Of a stretch of DNA of 64,000 nt, positions 44,495-55,069 are shown piece after piece. Every line of letters begins with the position of its first letter. Within the stretch, counting starts at the first letter, position 1. Source of the DNA: a virus (Duplodnaviria; Caudoviricetes); IMG/VR virus record IMGVR_UViG_3300033074_001936, positions 1 through 64,000 of that record; one strand, written 5' to 3'. The translations under genes were made by a program, and so were the position numbers. Below the pieces are notes generated by a model, which was not told the origin of the DNA, searched no databases, and saw only the letters and a program-made list of their open reading frames with translations.

Positions 44495-44769
44495 AGGAGT
44501 ACTACGAAGCCCTCATGAAGATCGCGCTGGGCGAGCTCGGATGGCCGCCCGATCAAGCGTACTGGACAGACGTGAACGCAATCATACTCGCGAGCGAGGG
44601 CCGCGCCGATCTGCTGTGCAGGATCGGCCTCATGCGGCGCAAGGACCCCTCGCTTACTACCGCAAGGCCGCCGCGGGATGCCCGCGGGCGGCCCTCATCA
44701 TTTGAGGCCGCGTTTGAGCGACGCATCTCGGCCATGAACGCGCGGCGTCGCAGCAGCAAACCCCGATGA
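44434..44769 (+). CDS. Tail assembly chaperone -1 frame extension (gpT-like)
   Basis: -1 frame open from 44434, overlapping the gpG end; VEEYYEALMKIALGELGWPPDQAYW. Confidence 0.6.
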   Translation, partial: GRGGAPRLPGPSATDDAPSVEEYYEALMKIALGELGWPPDQAYWTDVNAIILASEGRADLLCRIGLMRRKDPSLTTARPPRDARGRPSSFEAAFERRISAMNARRRSSKPR

Positions 44770-47039
44770 CCCTACAAGTCGGTGAAGTCTCCATCCACAT
44801 CCGCGCAGACTCCACGACGCTGTCTGCGGACATCGCTCGTGCGCGGCGCCAGCTCGACGACTTCGACAAGTCGGTGACGCGCAATTCTTCGAACATGCGG
44901 GGGCTGACTGCGGCAGGGGCGGCGGCTGTGGGCTTCTTGGGCGGCTTTGTCGGCAGCCTCATCGCGTCGACGATCAACATCGACATGTTGACTTTGGGGG
45001 TGAGCAAGGCCGTCCGCTCATTCGCTGAGCTGGAGCTCGAGCAGGCGACTTACAATGGGGTGCTGCGTGCGACGGGGCTCGCTGCCGGGCGCACTGCGGC
45101 AGACATCGAAGAGCTCGCGGAAGGCATCCGTCAAACCACGCTGGCGACTGAGGGAGGAGTCCGCTCTGCGGCGGCCAAGCTCCTCACATTTCGCTCGGTC
45201 ACGGGGGAGACGTTTGACGAGGCACTTAAGCTGTCGCAAGATCTCGCTGCTGTGGGCTTCGGGTCGATTACTTCCGCCGCGACTATGATGGGCAGGGCCC
45301 TCGAGGATCCCATCGCCGGAATGACGGCGCTGCGCCGCGCTGGTATTGTATTCTCCACCGCTCAAAAGGAGATCATAAAAGACCTCATCGAGACTGGACA
45401 GCAGGCGAAGGCCATGGAGACCTTGCTGAGCAGCGTGCGTCAGCAAGTCGGTGGGGCAGGAAGCAGCCAAGGGAACACCCTAGCGGGCGCCTTTAATCAG
45501 GCCAGCGAGTCACTGAACAACTGGTTTGAAATCGTCGGGCAGGGGATAGTAAGAGCAACCGGCCTGCGCGGCGTCATCCTCGGTATAGTCGGGGCCTTGG
45601 ATGAGTTTAACAAAAGGGCGCAGGCGGCTGGGACCGCTGCCGGGCAAGTCGAGCTCCTTGAGGAGGAGCTGCAAAAGCTTCGCGAGACCTACAATACTGG
45701 TTGGGGTATTGATGTTGGGCTGACGCGGGCGCGCATAGCCGAGATCGAACGACAGCTTCCCGCGCTCAGGCAAGTAGCCGCCAACGAGAAGCTTGCTGCG
45801 GAACAAGCCAAACTCATTGCCAGCAACTCCGCCTTTGAGCAGTCGGAGAAGACCAAGCGCGAGGCCTTCTCGGGGACCATCACTATCTTGCGGTCGGAGA
45901 CTGAGGAACTTCGCAAGAGTACGCTTGAGCAAGAAGTTAACAAGCGCATCAGGCAAGCGCGCATCGATGTAACCACGCAAGAGGGGCTGGCGCGCGCTCA
46001 GGCGATCCGCGCCGAGGTCACAGAACAATTTTACCTCAAGAGTGGCGCATCCCTCCTGAACCAGCGCATCTCTCTCCTCGGCGAGCTCGCGACCGCCGAA
46101 GAACGCGCGGCCGCCTCGAACCGCCAGATTACCGAGGCGCGCAAGGCGGGGGCATCTTTCACCGCGCGTGAGATCGCCCTCATGCGCGAGCGCAATGCGA
46201 TGCGGGCACAGGAGCAAGTCCTCAGTGAGCGCGTGACTTACGGGCTCGCCTCGAGCACTGAGATCGCGGCTCAGCGCCAGCGTGAGTTCAACGTCGTCGT
46301 CGCGCAGTATAACTTGAGCGCGCAGGAGCAGCTCATCCTCGGAGCGGCCCTCGATCGCAAGTATAAGGAGCTCGGAGATACAGTGGCGATCACGGCCTCG
46401 CGCTTTCCCGAGCTCACGCGCGCCGGCCTTGATGCCACCGACTTGTCCAAGCAGCTCGATTCTACGATTGTCAAGACCCTCAATGATATGTCGACTGTGA
46501 TTGTCGACATTGCCGCCGGAACTCTGACGTGGCAGGAGGGGTTCAAGAAGCTCGCGTCCTCTGTCCTCCGAGACTTGGGGCAGATGCTCATCCGGGCAGC
46601 ATTGTTCCGCGCAGCGATGGCAGTCTTCGGGGGGCCGACAGGCCAGCCGCTGAGCATCCTGCCGAAGTTCTCGGCGGGTGGCTTCACCGGCTCCGGCGGC
46701 AAGTACGAGCCCGCCGGAATCGTTCATCGGGGAGAATTTGTGCTCAACCGCGACGCCACGCGCCGCGTCGGCCTCCCGCGGCTGCACGCCCTCAACCGCG
46801 GTTATGCGGAGGGCGGTCTCGTCGACGCGCTCGAGGGGACTGCCTCTGCTCGCGCGCAGGGCATGCATGTCTCTGTCGGAGTGTCAGTAGACAGGGATGG
46901 CAACCTTCAAGCCTATGTTAAAGACATCGCGCGCGGAGAGAGCGCGCGGGCGGCGCGCCAGTTCACCCGGACTGATGAGTTTCGCGCGCGGGCCGCGAGC
47001 GCATCGGCGGACTTCCGGGAGCGGCGCATCACAGCGTGA
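44766..47039 (+). CDS. Tape measure protein
   Basis: Helical 757 aa; GRALEDPIAGMTALRRAG; FSAGGFTG.GGKYEPAG.VH.GEFV. Confidence 0.92.
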   Translation: MTLQVGEVSIHIRADSTTLSADIARARRQLDDFDKSVTRNSSNMRGLTAAGAAAVGFLGGFVGSLIASTINIDMLTLGVSKAVRSFAELELEQATYNGVLRATGLAAGRTAADIEELAEGIRQTTLATEGGVRSAAAKLLTFRSVTGETFDEALKLSQDLAAVGFGSITSAATMMGRALEDPIAGMTALRRAGIVFSTAQKEIIKDLIETGQQAKAMETLLSSVRQQVGGAGSSQGNTLAGAFNQASESLNNWFEIVGQGIVRATGLRGVILGIVGALDEFNKRAQAAGTAAGQVELLEEELQKLRETYNTGWGIDVGLTRARIAEIERQLPALRQVAANEKLAAEQAKLIASNSAFEQSEKTKREAFSGTITILRSETEELRKSTLEQEVNKRIRQARIDVTTQEGLARAQAIRAEVTEQFYLKSGASLLNQRISLLGELATAEERAAASNRQITEARKAGASFTAREIALMRERNAMRAQEQVLSERVTYGLASSTEIAAQRQREFNVVVAQYNLSAQEQLILGAALDRKYKELGDTVAITASRFPELTRAGLDATDLSKQLDSTIVKTLNDMSTVIVDIAAGTLTWQEGFKKLASSVLRDLGQMLIRAALFRAAMAVFGGPTGQPLSILPKFSAGGFTGSGGKYEPAGIVHRGEFVLNRDATRRVGLPRLHALNRGYAEGGLVDALEGTASARAQGMHVSVGVSVDRDGNLQAYVKDIARGESARAARQFTRTDEFRARAASASADFRERRITA

Positions 47040-47042
47040 ACC

Positions 47043-47693
47043 ATGGCGATTACTTTTCCCCGCACTGATGTTATGTCGTACTGCAATTTCCAGCCGGCGG
47101 CCGTGCCTCTGCGCCTGCATCGGCGGCAAGAGTTCTCGAGCACGGCGGGCGGCACCATCATCTCGAAAGATTTGGGACCGGCGATCTGGGTGGGATCGTT
47201 CGTGACCGAGCCCCTCGACATCATCGACATGGTCGAGTTCGAAGCCATTCTTCGTTCCCTCGACGGAGGCATCAGAAAGTTCGAGGCAGGCGACCTGCGG
47301 CGCAAGTATCCTGTGGCGCATCGCGATGGTAATTTCAACGATGTGGCAACATTGTTTGCTGTGCAGGCGGGTGGCGGTGCCATCCGGCTCGATGGCTGCG
47401 ATGCAGGCTTCACTATCACGCGTGGGGATTATTTCGAGTTCGATCATCCCGACGGCTCGCGCGCTCTTCATCAAGCGATGGAGACGGTCGTTGCCTCGGG
47501 CGCGGGAGTGACTGGGTATTTTGAAGTGAGGCCTCAGATTCGCGAGGAGGGCCTGACGCTGACCCCGCCCGTTGAAGTGCGGTTTAAGCAGCCAATGGGA
47601 CTCTTCATCTTGGTACCCAGCACTGTATCATCTGAGATGTTGGGCGGAGTCAACGGCATTATCAAGTTCGGCGCGGTCCAGGCGGTTACTTGA
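47043..47693 (+). CDS. Distal tail protein (putative)
   Basis: Immediately after the tape measure gene; 216 aa. Confidence 0.65.
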   Translation: MAITFPRTDVMSYCNFQPAAVPLRLHRRQEFSSTAGGTIISKDLGPAIWVGSFVTEPLDIIDMVEFEAILRSLDGGIRKFEAGDLRRKYPVAHRDGNFNDVATLFAVQAGGGAIRLDGCDAGFTITRGDYFEFDHPDGSRALHQAMETVVASGAGVTGYFEVRPQIREEGLTLTPPVEVRFKQPMGLFILVPSTVSSEMLGGVNGIIKFGAVQAVT

Positions 47694-47694
47694 G

Positions 47695-48324
47695 ATGCGG
47701 GGATCGTTATCAGCTGGAGTACTCGCAGCACTCGTGGCGAAGCGACTTGTTGCGCGCGACTTTCTCTGGATCATCGCGCGGCATCGCGATACGGGGGCTG
47801 ATGTTCCCATCGGGTTTTGGTCGGACTTGGGTCCTAAGACCGCGCAGGTCGTCGATCCGGATAGTGGCTCCACGCAAGAACGCGAGTTTTACGGGGCGGG
47901 GGAGTTCATCAAGGTATCATCGGTCCCGCTCACCGCTAACTTGTCGGTGCAGACAGTGACTATCAGCATGTCGCAGATTGCGGACAGTGTGAATAGCTTT
48001 ATCCGCACTTATGACTGCAAGCAAGGTCGAGTGCAGTTGTTTCGCGGCTTGTTTAGTCCGACGACGCGGGTGCTCGTCGCCCCCGCCCCGTGCCGCTTTG
48101 TGGGCTTTATTGATGGGATCAACATCAATACGCCCGAGGAAAATGAGGATGGAGAGATTGTCATCAGGTGCATGTCGCACACGCAAGAGATGATGCGGAG
48201 TAACTCCGATACCCGCTCGGATGCTTCGCAGAAGCTGCGCAGCGCAACGGACAACTTCTATCAAGACGCTGGAGTCGTCGGCGAGTGGGAGTTGTTCTGG
48301 GGCGGCGAGTCGGGGAACGGTTGA
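47695..48324 (+). CDS. Tail tip/hub protein (putative)
   Basis: Position; GFWS, FYGAG, RSDASQ..R...DNFY. Confidence 0.65.
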   Translation: MRGSLSAGVLAALVAKRLVARDFLWIIARHRDTGADVPIGFWSDLGPKTAQVVDPDSGSTQEREFYGAGEFIKVSSVPLTANLSVQTVTISMSQIADSVNSFIRTYDCKQGRVQLFRGLFSPTTRVLVAPAPCRFVGFIDGININTPEENEDGEIVIRCMSHTQEMMRSNSDTRSDASQKLRSATDNFYQDAGVVGEWELFWGGESGNG

Positions 48325-48788
48325 TGCGCGCAGTCCGCCACGCGCGACCGGTCGATAAGGAGTCCATCACTGCGATGATGCCGCCCGCCTATCGCGCGGC
48401 GGGCTTGCATGAGATCTTGAAGGCTGAGCCGTCACCGGAGCAGCTAGAGTGGCTGTTTCAATGCCACCTGAACTTCGACAACGCGACTTGCATCGTGCTC
48501 GAGCAAGATGGCAAAGTCGCCGGCTTCCTCATGGCGGCAATCATGGAGCAGCCATTCGTCAAAGTCCGCATCGCCAAGGACACTTGCTGGTGGGTCGAGC
48601 CATCCCACCGCGGTTATATTTTTGCATGCAACGATATGTTGAATAAGTACGAGCAGTGGGCAGCGAGCTGCGGGTGCGCGTTCGCGGGCCTCGCCGGCAT
48701 GGGGTCCGCGCCCCGTGTCGGCAAGCTCTACGCGCGCCGTGGCTATGCCGTCGCCGAGACACACTACCTCAAGTCGCTGATCGACTGA
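48324..48788 (+). CDS. GNAT-like protein in the tail module
   Basis: VRHARPVD, WWVEPSHRG, YEQWA, LYARRGY..AETHY.K. Confidence 0.75.
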   Translation: MRAVRHARPVDKESITAMMPPAYRAAGLHEILKAEPSPEQLEWLFQCHLNFDNATCIVLEQDGKVAGFLMAAIMEQPFVKVRIAKDTCWWVEPSHRGYIFACNDMLNKYEQWAASCGCAFAGLAGMGSAPRVGKLYARRGYAVAETHYLKSLID

Positions 48789-48791
48789 CAG

Positions 48792-51700
48792 ATGCCCGTC
48801 TTTACAGCTATTGCTACATCTATCTTCGCCGGCACGGCGCTTGCCGGCACATGGATTGTCGGTGCCACTGCTTTTGGCCTGCGAGTGGCGACGGGCGTCG
48901 GGATGAGCCTCGCTGCGCAGGAGCTCGCCGGGAAGCAGGCTCCGCAGGCGCTCGCGGAGTCATCCCTCATGAATTATGGCGTGCGGGGGACCATCAGCCG
49001 CGGCGGTGATGTTCCCCGCTCCTTCCCGCTCGGCTGGCGGCAGACGGCGGGATCCCTCGTTTACGCGAACACTTGGGGTTCTGAGAATGATACGCCGAAT
49101 GCTTACTTGACTTACGTCATCGCGTTATCGGACATCCCACTGCGGTCCGGCAGCGATGGCCTCGTCGGCTTCTATGTCAACGGAGCTAAGTGCATCATTG
49201 AGTGGGACAACGAAGACCTCCCACGCGGCTTCCCCGTAACCGAGTATACTTATAACGGCACTCAACATTTGTGGGTGAAGTTTTATGATGGGACGCAGGT
49301 TGCCGCTGACCCGCTCCTGGTCGATACCATCGGTGGCGATGATCGCCCTTATGAGTCGACGCGGGTGGGCGTCGGTGTTGCCTACGCAGTTGTCACCGCG
49401 CGCGTCAATGCTGAGCTGTGGAGTGGCTTTCCGCAGTACAAATTTGAGCTTACCGGCATCAAGCTCTACGATATTACTAAAGACTCTACCGCCGGTGGCA
49501 GCGGTGCGCAGCGATGGTCAAATCCGTCTACATGGGGTGGCGACGGCGATGATCTGCCGGCGGTGCAAATTTACAACATCCTGCGCGGCATCTCTTATGA
49601 TGACGAGTGGATGTACGGATTGCAGGGGATGGTCGCGGCGCGGCTCCCCGCAGTCGACTGGATCGCAGCTATTGAGAAGTGCCGTGCCGAAGTCGCGGGG
49701 CCGGATGGGGATGAGCCGACTTATCGCTCTTCCCTTGAAGTATTTGTTAACCAACCCCCAGTGGATACATCAGAGCAATTGTTGACCGCCTGCCAAGGCC
49801 GCCTCGCCGAGATCGGCGGCTTCTACAAGCTCTATGTTGGTGCGCCTGACTCGCCGGTGATGGCGTTTGATGACGATGACATCATCTCGACTCAGGAGCA
49901 GTCATTTAGCCCATTCTTCGGCCTCGCCCGCACCATCAACGGGATCACGGGAACTTACCCCGAGCCGGAGGAAGGGTGGAACAACAAGACAGCCCCGCCG
50001 CTCTATCGCTCCGACTTGGAAGTGCTCGCCGGCAACCGTCGGTTGCTCGCCGACCCCCGCTTCGATGCCGTGCCGTATGCGCGGCAAGTGCAGCAGCTCA
50101 TGAAGGAGGCGTTGCAAGAAGCGCAGCGAGCGCGCCGTCATACTCTCGTGCTGCCGCCGTCATACTGGCCGCTTGAGCCAGGCGACATTGTCGCATGGAC
50201 ATCGGCGCGAAATGGCTATGTCACCAAGCTGTTTCGTGTTGACGGCGTCGATGATCGCGCCGACCTTGATGTCATGGTTGATCTCACTGAGGTTGATCCT
50301 GACGACTACGACTTCGACTTCGATGCTGACTATGACCCGCCCGTGATCGGGCCGCTGGTGCAAGTGCTCCCACCGGCTCAGCTGATCATCGATTTTGCTG
50401 CGGTCGCGGTCGAGGTCACGGGAGATGGAGTCGCCAAGCGGCCAGGCATCCAGTTGTCGTGGTCGGCGAGTGTTGTCGACGACATTGCCGCCGTTCAGTT
50501 TGAGGTTCGACGCGCCTCCGATGGCGAGGTTATCATTCGCGACCGCGTTGATGATGTGGCGGCCGGCGGCGCAATCATCGTTGGCAATGGGCTATTGCCG
50601 GCGACTGATTATGAGGTTCGCGCCCGCTACATTCCGAAAGGAGGAAACCGCGCGACGCTGTGGTCTGATTGGATTGCCGTCACCACGACCGACACTCGCT
50701 TTGAGTTTGCTGATCTTGCGTTTGCGGAGCTAGATCTCATCCGCGACTCCATCTGGCGCGAGATCGAAGGTGTCAAGGAGAAGATACAGAAGATCGCGGC
50801 CTCAGTCACTCAACAAGACTCGCATAACTGGACTGACAAGCAGGAGACGCGCACCCTCCTGCAATCCGTCAACGAGAACCACATCGCCAACACCAAGGCG
50901 CAAGTGGAGGTGGTGCAAAGCGCGGTCACGGCAGTTGATGCCGCGCTGGCGAGTTTCCAGATCACTGTGGGTGCGACTTACGCGACGAAGGATGAACTCA
51001 CGACATCCATTGCCGGCGTCAATAGTACAATCACGACGTTCGCGTCCGGCTACGCCACGCTCGCGGCTTATGATACTGAGGTCACTGCCGCGTATCAGGA
51101 CTACGCCGATGCTGCGCAGGCCGCAGCGGAGGCGACGGCCGCAAGCGCGCTGTCGACCTTCGCGTCCGGCTATGCATCGTTGGCGACGTACAACACTGCC
51201 GTCACTGCGGCCTATCAAGGCTATGCAGATGATGCCGCGGACGCCGCGCAGGCCGCAGCGGAGGCGACGGCCGCAAGCGCGCTGTCGACCTTCGCGTCCG
51301 GCTATGCATCGTTGGCGACGTACAACACTGCCGTCACTGCGGCCTATCAAGGCTATGCAGATGATGCCGCGGACGCCGCGCAGGCCGCAGCGGAGGCGAC
51401 GGCCGCAAGCAACCTCACCGCTTTCGCAGATGGCCACGCCTCGCTCGCCGAGTACGAGACCTACCTGCGGGCGGAGCTGGACGATCAATATGCGCTGCTG
51501 ACGTTCGTCTCATCCACCTACGTGACGCAAGCGGGCATTGCCGCGTTCCACGGGCTCACGCTCGATGTGAACGGCTATGTCGTCGGCTACAAGCTCTGGA
51601 ACAGCGGCGACCTCGGCGCCATCACCTTCAACGTCGACTACTTCCAGGTCGCGAAGGCGGGCGTGTCCGGCGGCGCGGCCAAGACGGTGTTCGAGATCGG

Positions 51701-52838
51701 CACCGTCAGCGGCGCCGCCGCGATCAAGTTCAAGGGCAATATGTATGGGGACGGCGACATCGCCGCCCGCAACATTGCTGCCAAAGCCATCACCACGAGC
51801 AAACTCGCCATCGCGAGCGCGGTCGCCAATCTCTGCACCAACGGCGACTTCGAGGACGGTATCAATGGCTGGACCAAGATCGGCGCGGCCGGCACCATCG
51901 CGCATGAGACATCAGGCTCGCATACGCGATCCGGCGCGGGCGCGATCAAGCTCAGCGGCACCGTGGCGGAGAGCGTCCTTGCTCGCTACGAGCTGATCCC
52001 CGTCGAGCCCAGCAAGTACTACGAGCTCGCGGCCTGGGCAAAGGCGTCCTCGGCGGCGGGCGCGGGCTTCTACCTGCGGGCGTTCTGGTACCAGGCGGAC
52101 GGCACCACGGCGGCGTCGACCACGTTTACCGATGCCGTCGCCAACGTCGCACTGACCACGAGCTACGCGCTCAAGTCGGCGCGCATCCAGGCGCCCGCCA
52201 ACGCCGCCTATGCCCGCGTCGGCTTCTACAAGCACCTGTCATCGGTCTCCGACTTCTACGTGGACGACGTTTCGTTCAAGCCCGCGGTGCGCGGCACGCT
52301 GATCGAGGACGGCGTCATCAAGGGCGACCACCTCGAAGTCGATACCATCACGGTTCGGGAAATTCTCTCCGGCTCCGCGACGGCGCTGGCAGACGCGACC
52401 GGAGCGACGGAATCCGACAACGGCGATCTTTCGACGGATGGGTTTACGCTTGTGCAGGTCACCATGACTTTGGTGACCGGCAACGTGGTGGTGTTCTTCG
52501 ATGCCGCGGCCAACTTCGACGATGGCGCCGGGACTGCCGCCTCGCGCAGCATCATCCTCGGCCTGTATGTTGGTGCGGTGGAGAAGGAGACGCGCACCTT
52601 CACCGGCCGGCGTGTCGTGATCGGAGGCACGGAGGGGGTTAACTCTAATACGGCATGGCCGCTGCTTTACGAGTGCGCGTTCGATGGATCGCTGGCCTTC
52701 ATGGCGCGCCTGACCGGCCTCTCGGCGGGTTCGACCACCTTCTACGTCAAGATCAAGAACGAGACGTTCTCCGCCGGCTCCGGCTGGTCGGGTGAAGTCC
52801 GCACCCCGCGCATCGCAGTCTTCGAGTCCCGCAGATGA
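48792..52838 (+). CDS. Tail tip/host-specificity protein (gpJ-like) with coiled-coil repeat and carbohydrate-binding-like module
   Basis: LEPGD, FN3-like region, 44-aa repeats, LDVNGYVVG, NLCTNGDFE..W..YVDDVSF. Confidence 0.85.
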   Translation: MPVFTAIATSIFAGTALAGTWIVGATAFGLRVATGVGMSLAAQELAGKQAPQALAESSLMNYGVRGTISRGGDVPRSFPLGWRQTAGSLVYANTWGSENDTPNAYLTYVIALSDIPLRSGSDGLVGFYVNGAKCIIEWDNEDLPRGFPVTEYTYNGTQHLWVKFYDGTQVAADPLLVDTIGGDDRPYESTRVGVGVAYAVVTARVNAELWSGFPQYKFELTGIKLYDITKDSTAGGSGAQRWSNPSTWGGDGDDLPAVQIYNILRGISYDDEWMYGLQGMVAARLPAVDWIAAIEKCRAEVAGPDGDEPTYRSSLEVFVNQPPVDTSEQLLTACQGRLAEIGGFYKLYVGAPDSPVMAFDDDDIISTQEQSFSPFFGLARTINGITGTYPEPEEGWNNKTAPPLYRSDLEVLAGNRRLLADPRFDAVPYARQVQQLMKEALQEAQRARRHTLVLPPSYWPLEPGDIVAWTSARNGYVTKLFRVDGVDDRADLDVMVDLTEVDPDDYDFDFDADYDPPVIGPLVQVLPPAQLIIDFAAVAVEVTGDGVAKRPGIQLSWSASVVDDIAAVQFEVRRASDGEVIIRDRVDDVAAGGAIIVGNGLLPATDYEVRARYIPKGGNRATLWSDWIAVTTTDTRFEFADLAFAELDLIRDSIWREIEGVKEKIQKIAASVTQQDSHNWTDKQETRTLLQSVNENHIANTKAQVEVVQSAVTAVDAALASFQITVGATYATKDELTTSIAGVNSTITTFASGYATLAAYDTEVTAAYQDYADAAQAAAEATAASALSTFASGYASLATYNTAVTAAYQGYADDAADAAQAAAEATAASALSTFASGYASLATYNTAVTAAYQGYADDAADAAQAAAEATAASNLTAFADGHASLAEYETYLRAELDDQYALLTFVSSTYVTQAGIAAFHGLTLDVNGYVVGYKLWNSGDLGAITFNVDYFQVAKAGVSGGAAKTVFEIGTVSGAAAIKFKGNMYGDGDIAARNIAAKAITTSKLAIASAVANLCTNGDFEDGINGWTKIGAAGTIAHETSGSHTRSGAGAIKLSGTVAESVLARYELIPVEPSKYYELAAWAKASSAAGAGFYLRAFWYQADGTTAASTTFTDAVANVALTTSYALKSARIQAPANAAYARVGFYKHLSSVSDFYVDDVSFKPAVRGTLIEDGVIKGDHLEVDTITVREILSGSATALADATGATESDNGDLSTDGFTLVQVTMTLVTGNVVVFFDAAANFDDGAGTAASRSIILGLYVGAVEKETRTFTGRRVVIGGTEGVNSNTAWPLLYECAFDGSLAFMARLTGLSAGSTTFYVKIKNETFSAGSGWSGEVRTPRIAVFESRR
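51114..51410 (+). repeat. Exact 132-bp tandem repeat (2 copies plus 33 bp)
   Basis: Unit starts at 51114, 51246 and 51378; encodes AQAAAEATAASALSTFASGYASLATYNTAVTAAYQGYADDAADA. Confidence 0.95.
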
Positions 52839-53086
52839 CAGAGACCCCCGATCCCCGCGAGCGCTACTTCGCGCTCATCGATGTCGTGAAGATGAAGGTG
52901 AAGGTGTGCGGCACGCTCAGCGCCGGAATTTATGGCGACACCACCATCGAGCACCAAGCGAGCGAGCCGCACCTCGTCAGCGTCGAGACGGATCGGCGCT
53001 ACACCCCGGACGAATTGTTCGTCCTCGACGATCTTGTGGTGCGGCGGCGCGCCGATGGCGCATCGGTAGCGATTAAGAGGGACTGA
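52835..53086 (+). CDS. Hypothetical protein
   Basis: ATGA overlap with the tail tip gene. Confidence 0.55.
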   Translation: MTETPDPRERYFALIDVVKMKVKVCGTLSAGIYGDTTIEHQASEPHLVSVETDRRYTPDELFVLDDLVVRRRADGASVAIKRD

Positions 53087-53090
53087 GCTC

Positions 53091-55055
53091 ATGGCCGAGA
53101 CCGATCTCCTCTACGATGTCGGCACCGTCGCCGTTAACAACGGCAGCGCGACCGTCACCGGCACCGGCACGCTCTGGAACACGCCGTCCGCCGCCCCGCG
53201 CATCAAGGCGGGCGACACGCTGGTTGTGACCGGCAGCGCCGACAAGAACAGCTACAAGATCAAGACCGTCAACAGCGACACGTCGCTGACCCTTGAGCGC
53301 GCATTTCAAGGATCGAACGGTTCGGGCCTCACATACCACATCTATAAGGATTCCGTCATCAACCGCGCCGACACCGCGCTCCTCATGGAGCAGGTGCGCG
53401 CGGCCATCGCCGCCATCGCCGCGATCACGGCCTCCGTCACCATCACCGCCAACGCCAATGCCGTGAACAAGATCGGGCTCGCCGACGCGACCGCCGGCAA
53501 TGCACCGCAGATTTCAGCGACGGGGACGGATACCAACGTCGCCCTGCGCTACGCCACGCAAGGCACGGGCGAGCATATCTGGCGCGTCAATGGCATCGAT
53601 GAACTGAAGCTGTCGGCAAGCGCGCTCTATCCGAATGCGAACGATGGGCTTGCTCTTGGATCGGCTACTCTCAGTTATGCGGACCTGTTCCTTGCCTCCG
53701 GCGGTGTCATTAACTGGAACAACGGTGACGTTACTGCGACACATGCGGCCAACAGCCTTGCCTTTGCCGGAGCATCGTCGGGGTATTCGTTTGATGCGAA
53801 TATCACGCTGAACTCTACGGCTCCGGTCCTATGGCTTAAAGACAACGCATCGGGTGCCAGTGCTGTTTCAAACAGCATGGCGGGATTAGCCCTCACTGGC
53901 GCTGGTCATAACACTACAAGCAAATATACGCCTGCAATCAAGTTTGGGTCGACGGATGGCGAACTTACGACCACCAACCCAAAATTTGGCGCGTTGATTG
54001 CGGGCTACGCCATTGAAAGCTACTCATCCGATATCGATGGCGGCATGGGGCTGGAGTTCTTCGTCACAGGGGCCGATCCAGGTGCGTCGGGCAACGCTTT
54101 TGTTTCGGCGATAACCCTGACTTCTACTTTGGCGTCCGTGCTAGTGCCGAGCTTCATTGGTACTACTTCCGCCACAGCCGTGCCATTACGCATCTTTGCA
54201 CAAGCGGCTGCATCCGAGTTTTCTCCGGATGATGGGGTTACGGGGCCGCGCCATTCGACCCTTGAACTTTACAGCAATGTCACCGGCACCCAAGGCACCT
54301 ACGGCGCCGCTCTCGTGTTTGGTGCCCCTAATTCGTCCCGCCGTCGCGCCGCCATCGCAGCAAAATTTACGGGCGCGAACGTGCAGCAGATGGGTCTTGC
54401 GTTTTTTGCCAAGGCCAGCACGACAACTTCGACCGATGCCATCTTCGAAGCGATGGAGCTAAGTCATCTAGGCGATCTTACATTGGGGTTTGGTGGCGTA
54501 ACTGCTTTCGGATTTATTCCGTCAAGTTCGAGCGTGCCAACTAACGGAATGTATCTGCCGGCGGCAAATACTCTTGGGTTTTCTACAAACTCCGGGCTTC
54601 GCTGGTCGATCATGAATGACGGTCATTTCCTTCCGGCCGCAAATAGCACCTATGACGTAGGCAGCACATCACTGCGCGTCCGCACGTTCTACGCTCAGAA
54701 CGCGCTCAACACCTCCGATCGCAGGGTCAAGGACAAGCTGACCATCGCCGACGTACTCGATCGCGCCATGCGACTGCCGGTGTATGAATTTGACTATTAC
54801 GACGGTGCCAACCTTGTCGACGGCAGACTGGAGCGCGGCCATGGCTGCCGCCGCTCCATCGGCGTCATCGCGCAGGAGGCGCGCGATCTGTTCCCAGAGA
54901 TCGTATTCGGCGATGAAGACAAAGAGTTGCTGTCCATCACCGAAAGCAAGATCGGTGTGATCGCGCTCGCAGCGGTGCAGCAGCATCGGGAGCGCGTAGC
55001 AGATGAGATTGCGGCGCTGCAAGCGCGCATCGCCTTCTTGGAATCCAAACTCTAA
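53091..55055 (+). CDS. Tail fibre/spike with C-terminal peptidase S74-type intramolecular chaperone
   Basis: GTVAVNNGSATVTGTGT.W N-terminus; TSDRRVK, GVIAQE..FPE.V, terminal coiled coil. Confidence 0.88.
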   Translation: MAETDLLYDVGTVAVNNGSATVTGTGTLWNTPSAAPRIKAGDTLVVTGSADKNSYKIKTVNSDTSLTLERAFQGSNGSGLTYHIYKDSVINRADTALLMEQVRAAIAAIAAITASVTITANANAVNKIGLADATAGNAPQISATGTDTNVALRYATQGTGEHIWRVNGIDELKLSASALYPNANDGLALGSATLSYADLFLASGGVINWNNGDVTATHAANSLAFAGASSGYSFDANITLNSTAPVLWLKDNASGASAVSNSMAGLALTGAGHNTTSKYTPAIKFGSTDGELTTTNPKFGALIAGYAIESYSSDIDGGMGLEFFVTGADPGASGNAFVSAITLTSTLASVLVPSFIGTTSATAVPLRIFAQAAASEFSPDDGVTGPRHSTLELYSNVTGTQGTYGAALVFGAPNSSRRRAAIAAKFTGANVQQMGLAFFAKASTTTSTDAIFEAMELSHLGDLTLGFGGVTAFGFIPSSSSVPTNGMYLPAANTLGFSTNSGLRWSIMNDGHFLPAANSTYDVGSTSLRVRTFYAQNALNTSDRRVKDKLTIADVLDRAMRLPVYEFDYYDGANLVDGRLERGHGCRRSIGVIAQEARDLFPEIVFGDEDKELLSITESKIGVIALAAVQQHRERVADEIAALQARIAFLESKL

Positions 55056-55069
55056 CAACGAGGACGATT

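Noticed and set aside
51114-51410. CRISPR array or DGR template/variable repeat
   Set aside because: Contiguous in-frame identical units without spacers or adenine-specific mismatches; no cas or reverse transcriptase gene seen
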